A program made the position numbers and the translations under genes. Below the pieces are notes generated by a model. It ran no database searches, had not been told where the DNA came from, and was given only the letters and a program-made list of their open reading frames with translations. A DNA stretch of 62,346 bases, filler included, from Collodictyon triciliatum (lineage: Eukaryota): the NCBI GenBank assembly GCA_043381765.1. It is 11 parts of 11 records of this genome, joined end to end, with 100 filler letters (N's around TTAATTAATTAA, not from the genome) between each part and the next. Parts side by side here need not be neighbours in the genome. Positions count along the whole stretch, not along the records: positions 13,256 to 19,780 come from JBHJMP010004399.1; positions 19,881 to 26,401 come from JBHJMP010004402.1; positions 26,502 to 33,021 come from JBHJMP010004403.1; 8 more parts are not named here. One strand, given 5' to 3'. Below, piece by piece: positions 13,312 through 26,959 of the stretch (positions within the stretch are counted from its first letter, which is position 1; every line of letters starts with the position of its first letter).

Positions 13312-13514
13312 AAAAAAAACAAAAAACAAAAAACAAAATAACAAACAAACAAGCAAACAAACAAACAAACAAACAAAAAACAAATGTATAGTACCAATAA
13401 TAAAATAATGATATAGATAGAGTATTTGCAAAACTCTTTGGACAGTAATAGATATGCATATGCTCTACCCAATTAACGTCCTTGTGCTATTACAACAGGC
13501 CGATTGCTCAGACG

Positions 13515-16500
13515 ATGGCGAATGTGCCGCGGAAGCCGAATCCTTGGAAGCCTCTGAGCACATCTACTCCGGGGGAAAGTTCAGCCGGGATCAAAAGTAC
13601 CCTGTCTAAAGCAAGACGCCATGCACACCTACTATTTCCTCATTCACGCTCATTTATATATATATATATATATCTTCAATTTCTTTGGAATCCGCTCGGA
13701 AGGAAAGAAAAGAATATATCACTACTGTCCACTTAGTCAATGACTCCGGGATTTCCCTCCTCACCACTCACAATATCCCATGCGCAGACAGAGAACAACC
13801 GCAACATCGAACGGCAGAAGTTAAGCAGGGCGATTGGCCGAACCTGAATAAAACACAGACTCCAGCGGCGAAGTCTCCTGCATCGGGTGTTTCTGTTATG
13901 ATATCTCTGCGAAAAACATATGACGAATCAAAGGAATCCGCCGCCAATCAACTGCATACTGCCCGAGCGACTCTGTCTACACAGATGCAGATATGCACAC
14001 CAGAATCCAAGCAAGAGATGCAGGAGGATGACACACAATCGCATTGTATCATCTGCCTTGAGCAAGTAATCTTAAGAATGATAATGAGCCTTTCGTATTT
14101 GGATATACTCTTTCTCTTTCTCTTTTTTTTTTAAATTCAGATTGCCTTCTTTAATAATAAATTATTTCCTTCTCTTTCTTTTTTGTTGTGTTTGTTATTA
14201 AAGACACGCAACTTCACCAAATTCAAACTCACAACACCAGCTTTTAAAGCCCTCCTTGTATGTCAAATCATATCCACGTTTTATTCATATGGAAATAATC
14301 GTCTGCTCTGACCTCACTTCCACCACCATCTTCCCAGATTGACCACGATCACCCTATTTGGTCTTGTGATCAATGCTTCGACTCATTCCACTTGGAGTGT
14401 ATCCAAGCTTGGTCGGTCAATGTGGCCCACAAACCCAGTCCATTAATAGAGATTCCAACAATCGAAGGGCCACCCGTATGGCGCTGGTAATGCTTGCATG
14501 TTTGACTGTCCCTTCATCTCTACGCTACCAACAAGGATAATCCACATCGCATTTTCTCCCTTTCAATCTCGCCAATGTTTTCGACTCATTCTTCTTATTT
14601 ACTTCTCTTCTTTATATACAACCATGTATGAAAACATATATATCTGTAATATGGGTATTACGTGAATCGATTGGCATAGATGAAGAGGAGGGTAGTTGCA
14701 AACCTAAGGAAAATTGTTAATGTGTAGCCCAAAATGCCGCAAGGAGCATCTGAAGAAGGCGGAGCCCATTCGCTATTTTTGTTATTGCAGTAAAGTAGAG
14801 AACCCTGCCTTGGATCGCTGGCTGACGCCTCATTCGTGTGGGCAAACATGCGAGAAAAGACTTTCATCTAATTGCACTCATAAGTGCACACAACTTTGCC
14901 ATGCTGGTAATTTATTCAATTCTTCAATGCAAAAAAAAAAAAAAAAAAGAAAAAGAAGAAAAATCCAGCTCCCAATTCAAAATGGAACTCATCAATTCTC
15001 GCATAACTGATAGGACCATGTCCTCCTTGCCCGAAAAATGTCGTGAAACGATGCTTCTGCCATAAACTATCGAAAACCGTCCGTTGCTCATCATCTCAGT
15101 TTTCATGTGAGGATATATGTGCTCGTCCATTATCATGCGGAGCACACACCTGTCCTGATTTGTGCCATATGGGTAATTATACAGTCGACAATGTGGATAC
15201 TAAAATCATGCTACACGCGTCTCCCAGAATATGTAAATACTCATTTGATGTATGCACCACTTATAGGTAAATGTTCACCTTGTACACATAAGATGATAAA
15301 AAAGTGCCTGTGTAACAAAATTGAGCAAGAAATACAGTGCTCAAACGAAATCTTCCGATGCACATCCCCCTGTGAAAAGAAACTCGGGTGCGGCAATCAT
15401 GACTGCAAATTGGTTTGCTAATGAGTCATTCATAGCATTTATAATAAAAATGCAAAACATGTGCATAAGACAAAAAAAAAACCAAAAGACTTTAAGACCA
15501 AAAACAAAAAACAAAAGAGACCGAAAAAACAAAAACAAGATCAACGCCAACATATTGAATTTAAGCATAAGATTAGGGAGGGGGGGGGGGGTATACATTC
15601 TTCCCTCATATCCTCGATTCACGCTTTTATTAATATATATTTACAATACTGGAATATTTTTCTCCTTTATCCGATATTTTATAATGCTGGTATAATATGG
15701 CAGGTATGTCATGAAGGTCCTACTTGCCCACCATGTCCTATGCAGGGAGTGAGAACTTGTCCGTGTGGAAAAAAAGGCAAAATTAATTATGATTAATTTA
15801 ATGAATGAATATTGGCGATAGATTGTAGTTATGAAACTAATGTCCCTTACGGTCGATCAAAGGAATGTGGTTTTTAATAATAAAAAAAATGTATTAATGA
15901 AATAAATCGCATAACTGGGTCCTACTCGTTTTCCAAATATAAGGCGGATTCACCATTCCATGCAACAAAGATACTCCAAGTTGCGGGGGTACATGCGACA
16001 AAGTATACGACTCTTGATATCCCTTATTGTTACGAATCGCTTGTGTTTTCATGACCAGTGTTATAGGTACTCATCCAACATCATATTGTCGAATAGCTTC
16101 TTTCTTGTGGTAAACATAAATGTTTCGAGCGCTGTCACCAAGGGGACTGCCCCAAATGTTTACACACCGTGGTTTGTTGAATATCCTATGATTGTCCTTT
16201 CTTTCGACGGATGCGATGATATTTTTCTTTTCTCTATTTTTTTGTCTGTTTCAATCATTTCAAAAAGTTAAAAGAAAACAATATGTCTTTTCTAAATATT
16301 TATTTACACTTTTTTCTGCAATTACTATTGACGAACAGAGGAATCATCTAAATGGTATGATCTATGTCACCTTTTATACCACAGACAAAGCATTGCCAAT
16401 GCCGAGCCAATCGCAAAGAAATTCCATGTTGGGATACCTTCAGATGCGAGCACAAATGCAATCGTATGAGAAATTGCCAGCGTCATAACTGCCGCAGGCG

Positions 16501-19197
16501 CTGCTGCGATGGAAGGTGTCCCCCTTGCACCGAGGTTTGATTTTTATTGTTTTTATAATTTACTTTTTATTTTCATTACCAATTATTTAATAACCAACGT
16601 TATTATCACAGTCTACTGGAATATATGAAACGTATCCTTCTTTTCTTAAATTGTGACATGGCTGCTAATAATATTTCTGCAAACCACATCGAATTCTTTT
16701 TTTTTTTTCCTTTATTCGATTCAAACCACATCGAATTCTTAATTGCTAATTGTCTAGAGATGCAGAAAAATTTATACGCATTCAAATTGAAATAGAATCA
16801 TAACAACTGCACCATCATCAGGTATGTAGCCGAAAATTAGGGTGTGGTATCCACAAATGCACCTTGCCGTGCCATTCAGGCCCATGCTTTCCATGCCCTT
16901 TGACCTTTCAGAAATCCTGTTTTTGTGGTGAAACTGTCGCCACATTTCCGTGTGGAAAACAAAGAGTCGCACAACCCCCTGTTTGCAGCAAGCGATGCAA
17001 CATACCAACGAAGTGTCATCATCCCGCACGTGTAGTAAGCTTCCATTATAACCATTGAGGCATACCCCTCATTATTTTGAATCTGACATTCTATTATGTT
17101 CACAGTTGAAATAATTACTCAATAATAGCATTAAACTATTTTGTTATTTTTTTTTGTTTACTAGAGCCACAAATGCCACTATGGTGAATGCCCGCCGTGT
17201 AAATTGACCTGTTTGAAGGAGCTAGGGGACTGTGAGCATCTTTGTCACTTCTCGTGCCATGATATCCCAGAAGATATTCCTCGTGATGAGGAAGAGTATG
17301 TAATTGGCGCAAAAAGACCACCTCGTCCCCCAATTCCGCCTCCGATGCCATGCCCTATGTGCCCTGTTCCCATGACAAAAAAATGTGTAGGCGAGCACAA
17401 GGTACCAAAAATATATTAAAGGATATAGAGAAAATAAAGAAGGAAAGCAATCTCGGATACAAGAATGAATAAAAAAAAAAAAAAAAAAGAATGATACTTT
17501 ATAAATCATCCTTGTATAGAGTTGTGATTCTTCTTTGTGTCACTAAGATGAATCGTGCAAGAATGACTTCACTTTTCTTGCAAAAATAAACTTGATATAA
17601 TTAAAATTGTACCTAAATATATATCTATTATAGGATTTCGATGTTGTTTGCTCAACAATACCTTTTTCTTGTGAAGAAATCTGCGGTCAGTTGCTCGATT
17701 GTGGAAATCATAGTTGCGTTAAGAAGTGTCACCCTTTAACTACGAACACCAAAAAATTGCCCATCGACGAGTATCTCATAAGTGATTACCAACCCTTGAA
17801 AAAAAATGAATTTTGCACAAAATGCAAATTAATATGCCAAAAAGTAAGAAAATGCCATCACCCATGTTCTATGCCATGTCACCCAGGTATGATATATCTC
17901 ATCTAATATTACAAATATTGACAATTTGATTCTGCCAGTTTATTATAATTATCATTAACAATGATTTATTTGTGTGTGTGTTTATTTAATTATTAATATG
18001 GTTTGGGTTCTACCCTCCAGGGCATCGGCTTGTAAAATATATGCATTTGTAATAAATGACTACTTCACTTAATACGTAGACATAAACTCTTCAATAATAT
18101 ATCATTAGGAGAATGCAGTCCCTGCCTTGAGAGCAGAAAGAGGAGATGTCACTGTGGTGGGACAGTTTTGTACCTTCGGTGCCAGGACTTCATGAATGCC
18201 TTATAGTATGCACTCCACTATATTTGTTTTACATTTCTATGGCAACCTTTAAGAACCTTTTCATAATATTATTGCAATAGTAGAGTATTTTTGTTAAATA
18301 TTTCTCTTGTTAGCGAACATTTTTTCAGATCACTTGCTTTTGGTATTCATTAACTCGTAGCGCCCTCGGCGAGGAAAAAAACGACCCGGTAGAGAACGAG
18401 ACCCTTGGGAGCCTTCTTCGGTGCTCTCAAATTTGTCAGAAAAAGCATGTAAACTGCTCGCATGTATGCAGCGAAACGTGTCATCCAGGGGATTGTCCGC
18501 AAAGCAAAAAGTGTTTGAAAAAGGCTACTTTGCGCTGTCCTTGTAAGCGCCAAAAGATGGAGTTTCTCTGCCACGAAGTGTATGAGGCGAAGTTACAGAA
18601 CCGAGTACTGTTACTGTGTGATTCGGAGTGCCAAGAGATATACCCATCTATGACAAGTACGCTCGATGCCCAAGAATTGGAGAATGACAACCTACAAAAT
18701 AGCCTAATTAGCACAGAGGTATTCACTCATATAATTCAGCCATGGGTGTGTACTATATCGATTCTGCTACACCCAGAGACAATTATTCTCCCTGTTACTT
18801 ATAACCGGCAAACCCTGATAGATATCCGACTCTAGATCCACTCAAAATATGAGGGATCGGAGGAGAAAACGACCGCAGCACGAAAAGGATGGTTCCGCAG
18901 ATCATGTTGAGGAAAGGTCAGATAATACATGTCTATATTACAACAAAAAAATGGTGGTTTTCTTTTAAAAAAATAATATCCCAATCAAATGCAATATTTC
19001 AAAAACACTAAGATAGGAGGAAAACATAATTGTCAGAGAAAAAATCCTTTCGCTCAACGTGATGTGTTTTACATTCAACGTGATATAATAGGAAGAAAAA
19101 AGAGTCTGTCCTCATGCAACGCATATATGTTATCCTTTTTATAACCGCTGTTGTTTTTGGTCCGTTTCTTCTGGCCCAGTTTCGACATCTGCTCTAA
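13515..19197 (+). CDS. NFXL1: NF-X1-type zinc finger protein with RING/PHD-like domain and C-terminal TM helix (NFXL1-like), many exons
   Basis: CIICLEQ|IDHDHPIWSCDQCFDSFHLECIQAW, then WRWxCPKCR, YFCYCSKVENP...WLTPHSCGQTC and repeated CGxHxCxxxCHxGxCxPC fingers. The last exon RKKKESVLMQRIYVILFITAVVFGPFLLAQFRHLL* is a hydrophobic tail, and no R3H domain is seen. Confidence 0.92.
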
Positions 19198-19907
19198 AAG
19201 GCCTTTTTTTTTCTCGCCCAAGAGGGACACGCATTATAAATCAAAGCACAATGACAGGAAAGGATAATAATGACGCCGATTGGGAAAAAAAATGCGATAT
19301 TTTTAATTCACAGTATCTGGCAAAACATGTGCAAAACTACGATGGTTTGACCAAGGGGACAGCAGATAGCCGCATAAATCTGAGATTTATTCGATTTTAA
19401 CTTGATTATAGCCAATTATGACTAATCCTTCTAATTAATCATAGATATTCAGTCCTCATAATAAACAAAATTCAAACATACCATATTTTCCGCATTTGAT
19501 TTCCAGAAGCGAACCCTTTTTCCGAGAATTTATGTGTCATGAGAACAAATAAGGAAATATTAGTAATCTCTGTTTCTAAATAAGAAGTAGATTGCCACCG
19601 AATCAGCTCCTATGGGATCTTATCTCTTCGCGGCGGATTCAAGCAAGACCGCAAAATCAGACAGAAAAGCGACAGCGATGCACAAAAAACAAAAAGCAAA
19701 AAGCAAAAAGCAAAAAGCAAAAAACAAAAAACAAAAAACAAAAAACAAAAAACAAAAAACAAAAAACAAAAAACAAAAAANNNNNNNNNNNNNNNNNNNN
19801 NNNNNNNNNNNNNNNNNNNNNNNNTTAATTAATTAANNNNNNNNNNNNNNNNNNNNNNNNNNNNNNNNNNNNNNNNNNNNTGTATTTAGTAATTTGGAGT
19901 TTGTGCG

Positions 19908-19938
<31 letters not shown>

Positions 19939-20082
19939 AAATAAAATAAAATAAAATAAAAATAATCACACATTGACAACAGTACATAGGGTATCAATAA
20001 ACTATAAGAAAAAGAAATCCTTCAGTGCAACCACAGTCACTTATGGGAAGATATACCTTAATTAATGATATTGGTTGCGTAG

Positions 20083-20677
20083 GTACATATTTTCGGGAAC
20101 AAACGACTTTGGAGTCAAGTCTGATGCAGTTCTTCGCCGTGTTCGTGGGCTCTCCGGTGTAAAGGACTCTCTTCAAGTAACGTCTATGATATACATTGAG
20201 TTCTTGTTACACTCTGGTGCATTTCACCCGAGACACCCGCTGGCATCTGCTGTCTTGAATTTACCATGTCGCCCTTATGTTTATTTTATTTGTTCGTCGT
20301 TTCATCGTGGATGTTTATTCGTGTGTATGATACCATGGTAGGAGGAGAGTCTCGTTGTGGACTGGGCCTCAGGTCGTCACAGCTTTGTTGAGGTTTCTTC
20401 GTGGAACGACATCGGATCCTCCAGCCCGCCCCAGTCGTCCATCTCCCCTGAGACAGAGACAGAGAGAAATGACTTATTGGCAAACACTGTCACGACACTC
20501 GATGGCTCTCGCGACCCAGACGCACATGAGGAAGCGGTATTGCAGTCTGGGCGTGTTACTGAGGAAGAAGAATCCAAACAGTCCGAGACGCATATCCTCG
20601 ACGTCTCTGCGGTTGAGGAGCAGTCCGTGAAGCCTGCACCGGAGAAGAAATCGAAGGGCAAAAAGTCACCCAAATGA
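20083..20677 (+). CDS. 3' two exons of an uncharacterised protein (5' end off contig)
   Basis: In-frame GT-AG splice: YIFSGTNDFGVKSDAVLRRVRGLSGVKDSLQ|EESLVVDWASGRHSF..., followed by an acidic tail ending KKSKGKKSPK*. Confidence 0.6.
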
Positions 20678-21259
20678 TACCTCCTATTTTTTTCTCTCTC
20701 TTAAATTCTTTTCTTTAGCCTCTCTTACTCTCTCTGCACGCAATTTCGGCGTACATAAGATGATTACCGCACAACAAAGTTCATCAGGAAAGAAATAAAA
20801 AGGAAAGGAGACAACCGATTTATTATTATTATTATTTATTCGTTTCAAAGAGCTCGCTCCGTCTTATTAGTAGGTTGTTGCGATCACGGGTCGGTGGCAG
20901 CTGGCATTTTGATCGTCAGTGTGTCTGTGCATAACCTGTGTGGTTAAGGGATGTGGTCAAGTGATCTTTTCGCTCTCTGCGTTGGCTGCGTCGGCCTTCC
21001 CGGTTTGCGTGCGATCAGTAGGCGTTCCATGAGGCAGGGCTGTGGCGCCAGTCTCCTGTTTGGCCGTCCCGTCCTTCTCGGGATCGCTCTTTCTGATCGC
21101 TTACTTCTTTTTTTTTTGTTCTTTTTTCCAGCTTCGGATAGTTTACAGATTTGTATTTGAGCGTCGGCTGGGCTCGAACACTCTAACATAGAAACAACCA
21201 AACTGTGAAAAATTTATTTTCCAATTTAAGATGCCTGACCCAGCAGACGAGTTTATAGG

Positions 21260-24200
21260 TGCCCAAGCCGGATCCTGTAGGACAGAGAACAGTGTTGTCA
21301 GCGCCGCGCGTCAGGGAATGGAAACGAGTGAGCGTTTCTGTCATGAGTGCAGGTTCTGTGGACTGGCCAAACAGGGTTGTTGCATGTTCAAATGCTTTCC
21401 TTGGCGCTGATGATGGATATTGATTGATCAATATTCCTTTTCTTCTTTCGCTCTTAACTCTTGTTCTTTTCTTTTTCATTTGTTGCTAACTAGTTGTCTT
21501 TGGGTGTTTAAAAAAATTGCGATTTCTCTTTAATGTTGTTACTGCAAAGAAAGAAAAAAAAAGGAACCTTAAATGCCAATGTTATTGATACTGCGAAGAA
21601 GAAAAAAAGGAAGCATAAAGGCCAATATTATTGATACTTCAAGATAATGTCCCATGGCATCATAGGTGATTCCTCTGAATAGCTGAGGATACGAAAATAT
21701 GTACAAATTCGTTTTTTGCTTGCGAGGACTGAAGGCGAATTTCGAAGGAGGGTATTTTTTTTTTCGCACAAGATCAAGAAATATTCTTTTTTATAAGCAG
21801 ACTCTTTTGTGCACCTATTGATATACTACTTTGGTGCATTTTCCTCGCTATTCTTATATTATTGTTATTATTCCTTTCAATTTGTGCAAGTTGATGAGGA
21901 TTTTGGATATTCCCCCTCACTATGCTTAATTTCGCTTTTCATTAATACTTGAATTCGTGTACAAAGTAAATGTACTTAGACGTCTGCGTTTTACATAAAC
22001 TTTGTCATGTAAATGTTTTGATGCATTAGTTCGTCCTGAATAATGAACATCATTTCGTTTTGCCAACGCTGAAAGTCACTTAAAGAGAGTGACAAATAAA
22101 GAGGATAATTATTCACTCCATCTAATAATTTATATCCAAAATATAGAAATTATCCTGAGACGATTGCAACATGGTTGAAGATTAAAATAGGAAATCACAG
22201 AACTTATGAGACGGATATTGCCCAAGGTCTCATTCCGCACACTCTTTTTTTTCAAATAATTATGATAATAATAATAATGATAATCATAAATATACTCATG
22301 TTAATCTAAGGAAGAGGACATACCAATTACAAGTATATTGGACTCACAGATCTTACGATTCCAAAATTTTAGACTGGAGTATTGATTTGAAATTCAACTT
22401 CTTTTTTTTTTCCCCCCCTCCTTCCGCAATATCTAGGACGAAATCCTGTTTGGGAGTTTGACAAATACTTCATCTATGAGGACGAAAGCCCTGGAGTCTT
22501 CGAGACTGAAGATTTACAAATCGAAGCTGAAATAAGGATCCCGGGAGGGAATGTCTCAAAAGGTTCGACTATGTGATCATTTATTTCATGGTCGAACACA
22601 CATTCCAATACAAGTGCTATCCAACGCGAGATTTCTTAATATATACAAGTATTTTTTTAAAAAGAAAATGATCCAATTTTATTGCTTAGTCTCATTTATT
22701 AATTTATCATATACCGTTACCAGTCATTTGGAAACGTAGACTTTATCTCATCAAAACGGGCCCCATTTTCAACGTAATGAAGGTAACGTTGTTTATTCTT
22801 TAGAAAATTTTAAAGTATTTACAATCGATAATTGCATCTTTCACATATTCAAGTTTATGCCCCTTGTGTCAATTTATAATTCTTTGTTTAGGAATTTAAT
22901 TTTTTTTAACAAGCGATCATTAATTACAATCATGATACTATAATTAAAATTCATAAATTTTTGTAGTCTGGTAATAATACAATCCAATTGGAGGCTGACT
23001 ATTACCAGGTATCCAAAATTAATGTAACTGTGGGTGACTTCAAATTGGACTCTCCAAACACGCCCAAAAATCATGGTGGCTATTCGTTGGATGCATCCAT
23101 AGCTAGGTCTGTATTTAAAATGTTTGATAGCTAATTCGTGTGATTAAAAGAGCAATCGATGCCTTATGTTACTCCTAATTAGACTTTTTTTTTTTTTATT
23201 CTTTATACAGATACTCTTCTCTTGAATTAAGAACTTTTTTTGAGAGGGCTGAGAGGAAAGTATCTATCGAGGATACAAATGGGTGTGACTTTCTTGAGCC
23301 TTTGCCACCCGCTATATCTCATCAATCACCTTTTATTCAATATACGAAGGATGAAGATTTTCTTCACAGAGGCTTTGTAAAGATTTCCTACGAGACACAT
23401 ATGAAGGTAGTAAATTCATCTATATTTTGAGTTACAGACTTTTTCGTATCTGTTAACAAAAGAAAAAGGTAAAGTAGAATAAAATAGGAAAAGGCCTTTA
23501 CTATATATGTAATAAAACATACTTCGACAAGAAAAAGAATGAAAAACATCATCTTATTTTTTGGTTACTTACTAATGTTTTGACATAATGCGTCAGGATA
23601 TATTCAACCTCAAACTCAATTTTACTGTTGTGAGTACACTTCAAGGCTCGTATCCGATTCACTTTGTTGTAAGTGACTTAATTTCTCTGAAAGTCACATA
23701 TGCTACAAATATGAATGCGGAGGTTTCTCAGGCAATGGAAGAGTGTACCGTTCAGCCCCTTTGCACATTGCTCACTCGCTCCTTTACTTGTTAATATTTA
23801 AAATAGTGAATAAAGATTATTTTTTTACATGTCATCATACTACATTATTTCGATATTTCTATGTAAACTTCTCTTTTTTTTTTCTGTCGAAAAGCTTCCC
23901 ATAAGCAGGATATTTCCATTTAGAGATAATTTTAAGGTGAATTGGACATGTTCGTCAATTAACTTGCCCTCGTGGAGCTTGTCTGGCTCTATAGTATTCG
24001 ATCATATTCCTGTCTATGTACAAATGATGCCAGTCCCAAGACCTGGTAATAACATGATTAGAAATCATGTACATGATAAAACAGCTGACTCATATTCCCA
24101 TAGAAAAATAAAGACGGCATGTCCAACGTGCCATATTATCACAATTATAATCCCTTTTTACCAAATCATATATATATATGTATTGATAATAGCTCACCAA

Positions 24201-24420
24201 GCTGTTGTAATGCCTTTTCATTTTTATGTTTATTTATGTCAGAAATAGTCTCTGTACAACGTATTCCACAACAACCAGACAGGTCAGGACATAACCGTTT
24301 CTCTTCCTTTTTTACGTGAGTGGATATAAATTAATTTAGATATAGCTATGCTAAAATAAAGCTTATTTCAACCGTAACCCAAGTCATCAAATATTCCCTA
24401 TGATATTTGGAAGAGGTAAA
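21260..24420 (+). pseudogene. Multi-exon gene with C2-domain-like segments, apparently disrupted
   Basis: Exons read VSVSVMSA, YVQIRFLLARTE, GRNPVWEFDKYFIYE, IKTGPIF and LSGSIVFDHIPVYVQM. An in-frame TAG near 21680 and phase mismatches prevent a clean model. Confidence 0.4.
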
Positions 24421-25373
24421 GGATAAATTCTTTACAATTTTTTTTTTGTATATTCCACATATAACATGACGTATCTATAGAAACATTGGTTCTCATCAAT
24501 AACATTACGCATAGCAGTCTCTTACACTACGAATACTGACCATGCTTTCATCAACAAATTTGTTAATTTCACAATTCTTTGTCTGTTTATTCTTATTATT
24601 CTTACCATGAAGGAGCACGGTAAGCTTCAAAAAAAAAATATCTTAATAGCTTGTTGGTTTGGTGCATACATTTTGGATGGTACATAACTCGCTCACCACT
24701 TCAACCTTTCTACTAAAATGGACGGCGGCATATTTGGGCAGAACTGTTGAGAGAATCATACAGATTGGTTAGTATATTGTGGATTGCAATCAAACCTGCT
24801 CTATGACGAAAATAAATTATCTACGCCTCCGGATCAGAAGTTATAATATCTTTGAATTATCCAGGACCTGAAACCACATGGGAACCATTCTCTCCATTCA
24901 CTTATCACCCACAGAGATGGAAGTTTGCTTTTCTTTTCTTTGTTCTCTTTTCTTGTTGTTTCTTCTCCCTTTCATGTCAATTTAAAGGACCATGAACACT
25001 CATGTCGCTCCTTGATGTAAATGCATCGTGCTATTCTTCCATCCGCGAAAATTAGCACATTAACCACCGAATTATTTATATCTAAAAAATGGAATCAGGG
25101 AGCTTGTCGGGGGCAGCTCATAAAGTCAAAGGAAGTCATTTATCTCGCATCACAGCCCCTTTTGAAGCAAAATCGGCCCTCCGAGAGAGACATAAAGAGA
25201 TGCAGTAGCACACCACAGGCTCGCATTAACATGTGTCGACTCATTATGATTCTCTCCCCCCCTTTTTTTTTTTTTATTTATTTTGGAAAAAAAAAAGACT
25301 CGATGGTTCATGCAATACACTTATTGTTATGTGTAGACACGTGATGCCAGAGAAAAGAACAAGAAAGGGATAC

Positions 25374-26031
25374 TTATTCATTTGGGGATTTCTTTGATTT
25401 CTTTGGGCACTTTCCGTACGTGTGCTCAGGACGCTTCGCGCCGATTTTTTTGGATGGGCTCTGTTTCTTCAGATGGGGCGCCCCCATTCCCTCGTGGAGG
25501 TCCTCTTCAACCATCCCTTCGCTCCCGACATCGCTGTGCTCGTGCTCTTCTGCACTCCCTTTGGACCAGTCGCTCGCCGGCCCGCCCGTCAGAGACCCTC
25601 TGCTGGACTGTGGCGTTGGAGGGACTGCCGCAGATTGCTCGCCTACATCGCAGTCGTCGAATGGCGTATGGATGAGTGAACGTGGGTAGACCTTGGGTGC
25701 GGGCATCTCTTGCTATTCTTCTCCTCTGCGACTGCCCAGCCAGAACCGAAAAGACAGGCGAGTTATTGCAAAGAAGCCACGCAGGGGCCACAGAGCATGG
25801 AAAGCATACAAAGACGAACACAGCTTCAAAGGGGTCAAACCGGTGTATTCAGCCGCCATGCGTGTAATCCGGGCACTGGTCGGGAGAGATGCAACCTCAC
25901 AGTCGGAGGTTTCTGGTTCCCATATCCGAATTATTCCATCGGACGATGCGCTGATGATGATTTTAGAGTCTCTTGCGGGGTGTGTGATGACCGATATGGC
26001 GTGGATGCTGGGGGCTTCAAATACAAAGACA
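25374..26031 (-). pseudogene. 3' end of a WD40 protein of MAK11/PAK1IP1 type, probably degenerate
   Basis: Exon 25841-26031 (absent from the ORF track) reads KIIISASSDGIIRIWEPETSDCEVASLPTSARITRMA, matching the last WD repeat SASSDGxIxxW...ARxTC. An acidic then Lys-rich tail follows (25374-25706), but the best acceptor is out of frame with it. Confidence 0.65.
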
Positions 26032-26501
26032 CTACAACAGATTCACGATACGTGCGTGTATATTAAAATTTATTTTTATTTGTTATTCGAACGCAAAAGC
26101 ATCGGAGAAGTGAAAAGAATGTCGAGACAATGTGACTGATATTCATATCTGTTGTGGAAATGTTTCAGGGGTATGTCTTGTTTTAGTGACATAAATTACC
26201 TATTAGCACGGCCTGAAAAAACTTTAACTATTGTGTTTGATCTGATGTCCAATAATTTGATTACATTTTCTTCGCCACCAAAAGCAATTAAGTCGTTCTG
26301 TAGAATAGAGTGATATGAAAAAGATGGGGGGGGGGGGGGGGGTTTTTTTTTTTTTTTCCTCCTGGGGGGCTTAAAAAAAAAAAAAAAATTTTTAAAAAAA
26401 ANNNNNNNNNNNNNNNNNNNNNNNNNNNNNNNNNNNNNNNNNNNNTTAATTAATTAANNNNNNNNNNNNNNNNNNNNNNNNNNNNNNNNNNNNNNNNNNN
26501 N

Positions 26502-26565
<64 letters not shown>

Positions 26566-26959
26566 AAAAAAAAAACAAAATAAAAAACAAAAAAAAGAAT
26601 AAGAACAAGCAAGACGTGAAATAGAGTAGATAACAGATTCGGTTGGTTGTGAGACGCTATTTCGCAAAGTTTGGCCATGTTTCGCTCCTCTCCATTGTCA
26701 GGTTTTTGCGAACGAAAGGTTGTGCGATATGCGGTTATGATGATGAAAAAAAAAAAAAAACTTCGTCAGTTTCACAAAACGACACGCTCGTCGCAGAGAA
26801 ACACCGAGCAAATAATCAAAACAAAAATGAACGAAGAAAAAGTATGTGAAGGGACTAAAGAGTTGTTGTCTGATGTGTTATGTTGCTAGTCATTTGCAAG
26901 GACAATAACCAGCCCAGCAACAGTCTGACTGAATATAAGACGCTTTTCAAGGAGGATTG

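Noticed and set aside
21670-25689. Stop-codon reassignment suggested by in-frame TAGs
   Set aside because: SUMO, CSL4 and MDM31 end at TAG and other genes at TAA or TGA at the expected positions, so the standard code applies.
25672-26139. Plus-strand ORF resembling a divergent histone H3/CenH3 fold (RRGHRAW, RVIRAL, ALMMILES...TD, TKTL; MSERG* upstream)
   Set aside because: It is the in-register antisense of a much stronger WD40 signature (SASSDGIIRIW...ARIT) bounded by splice sites on the minus strand, and it has no usable ATG. It is most likely a shadow ORF; an HMM comparison of both strands would settle it.
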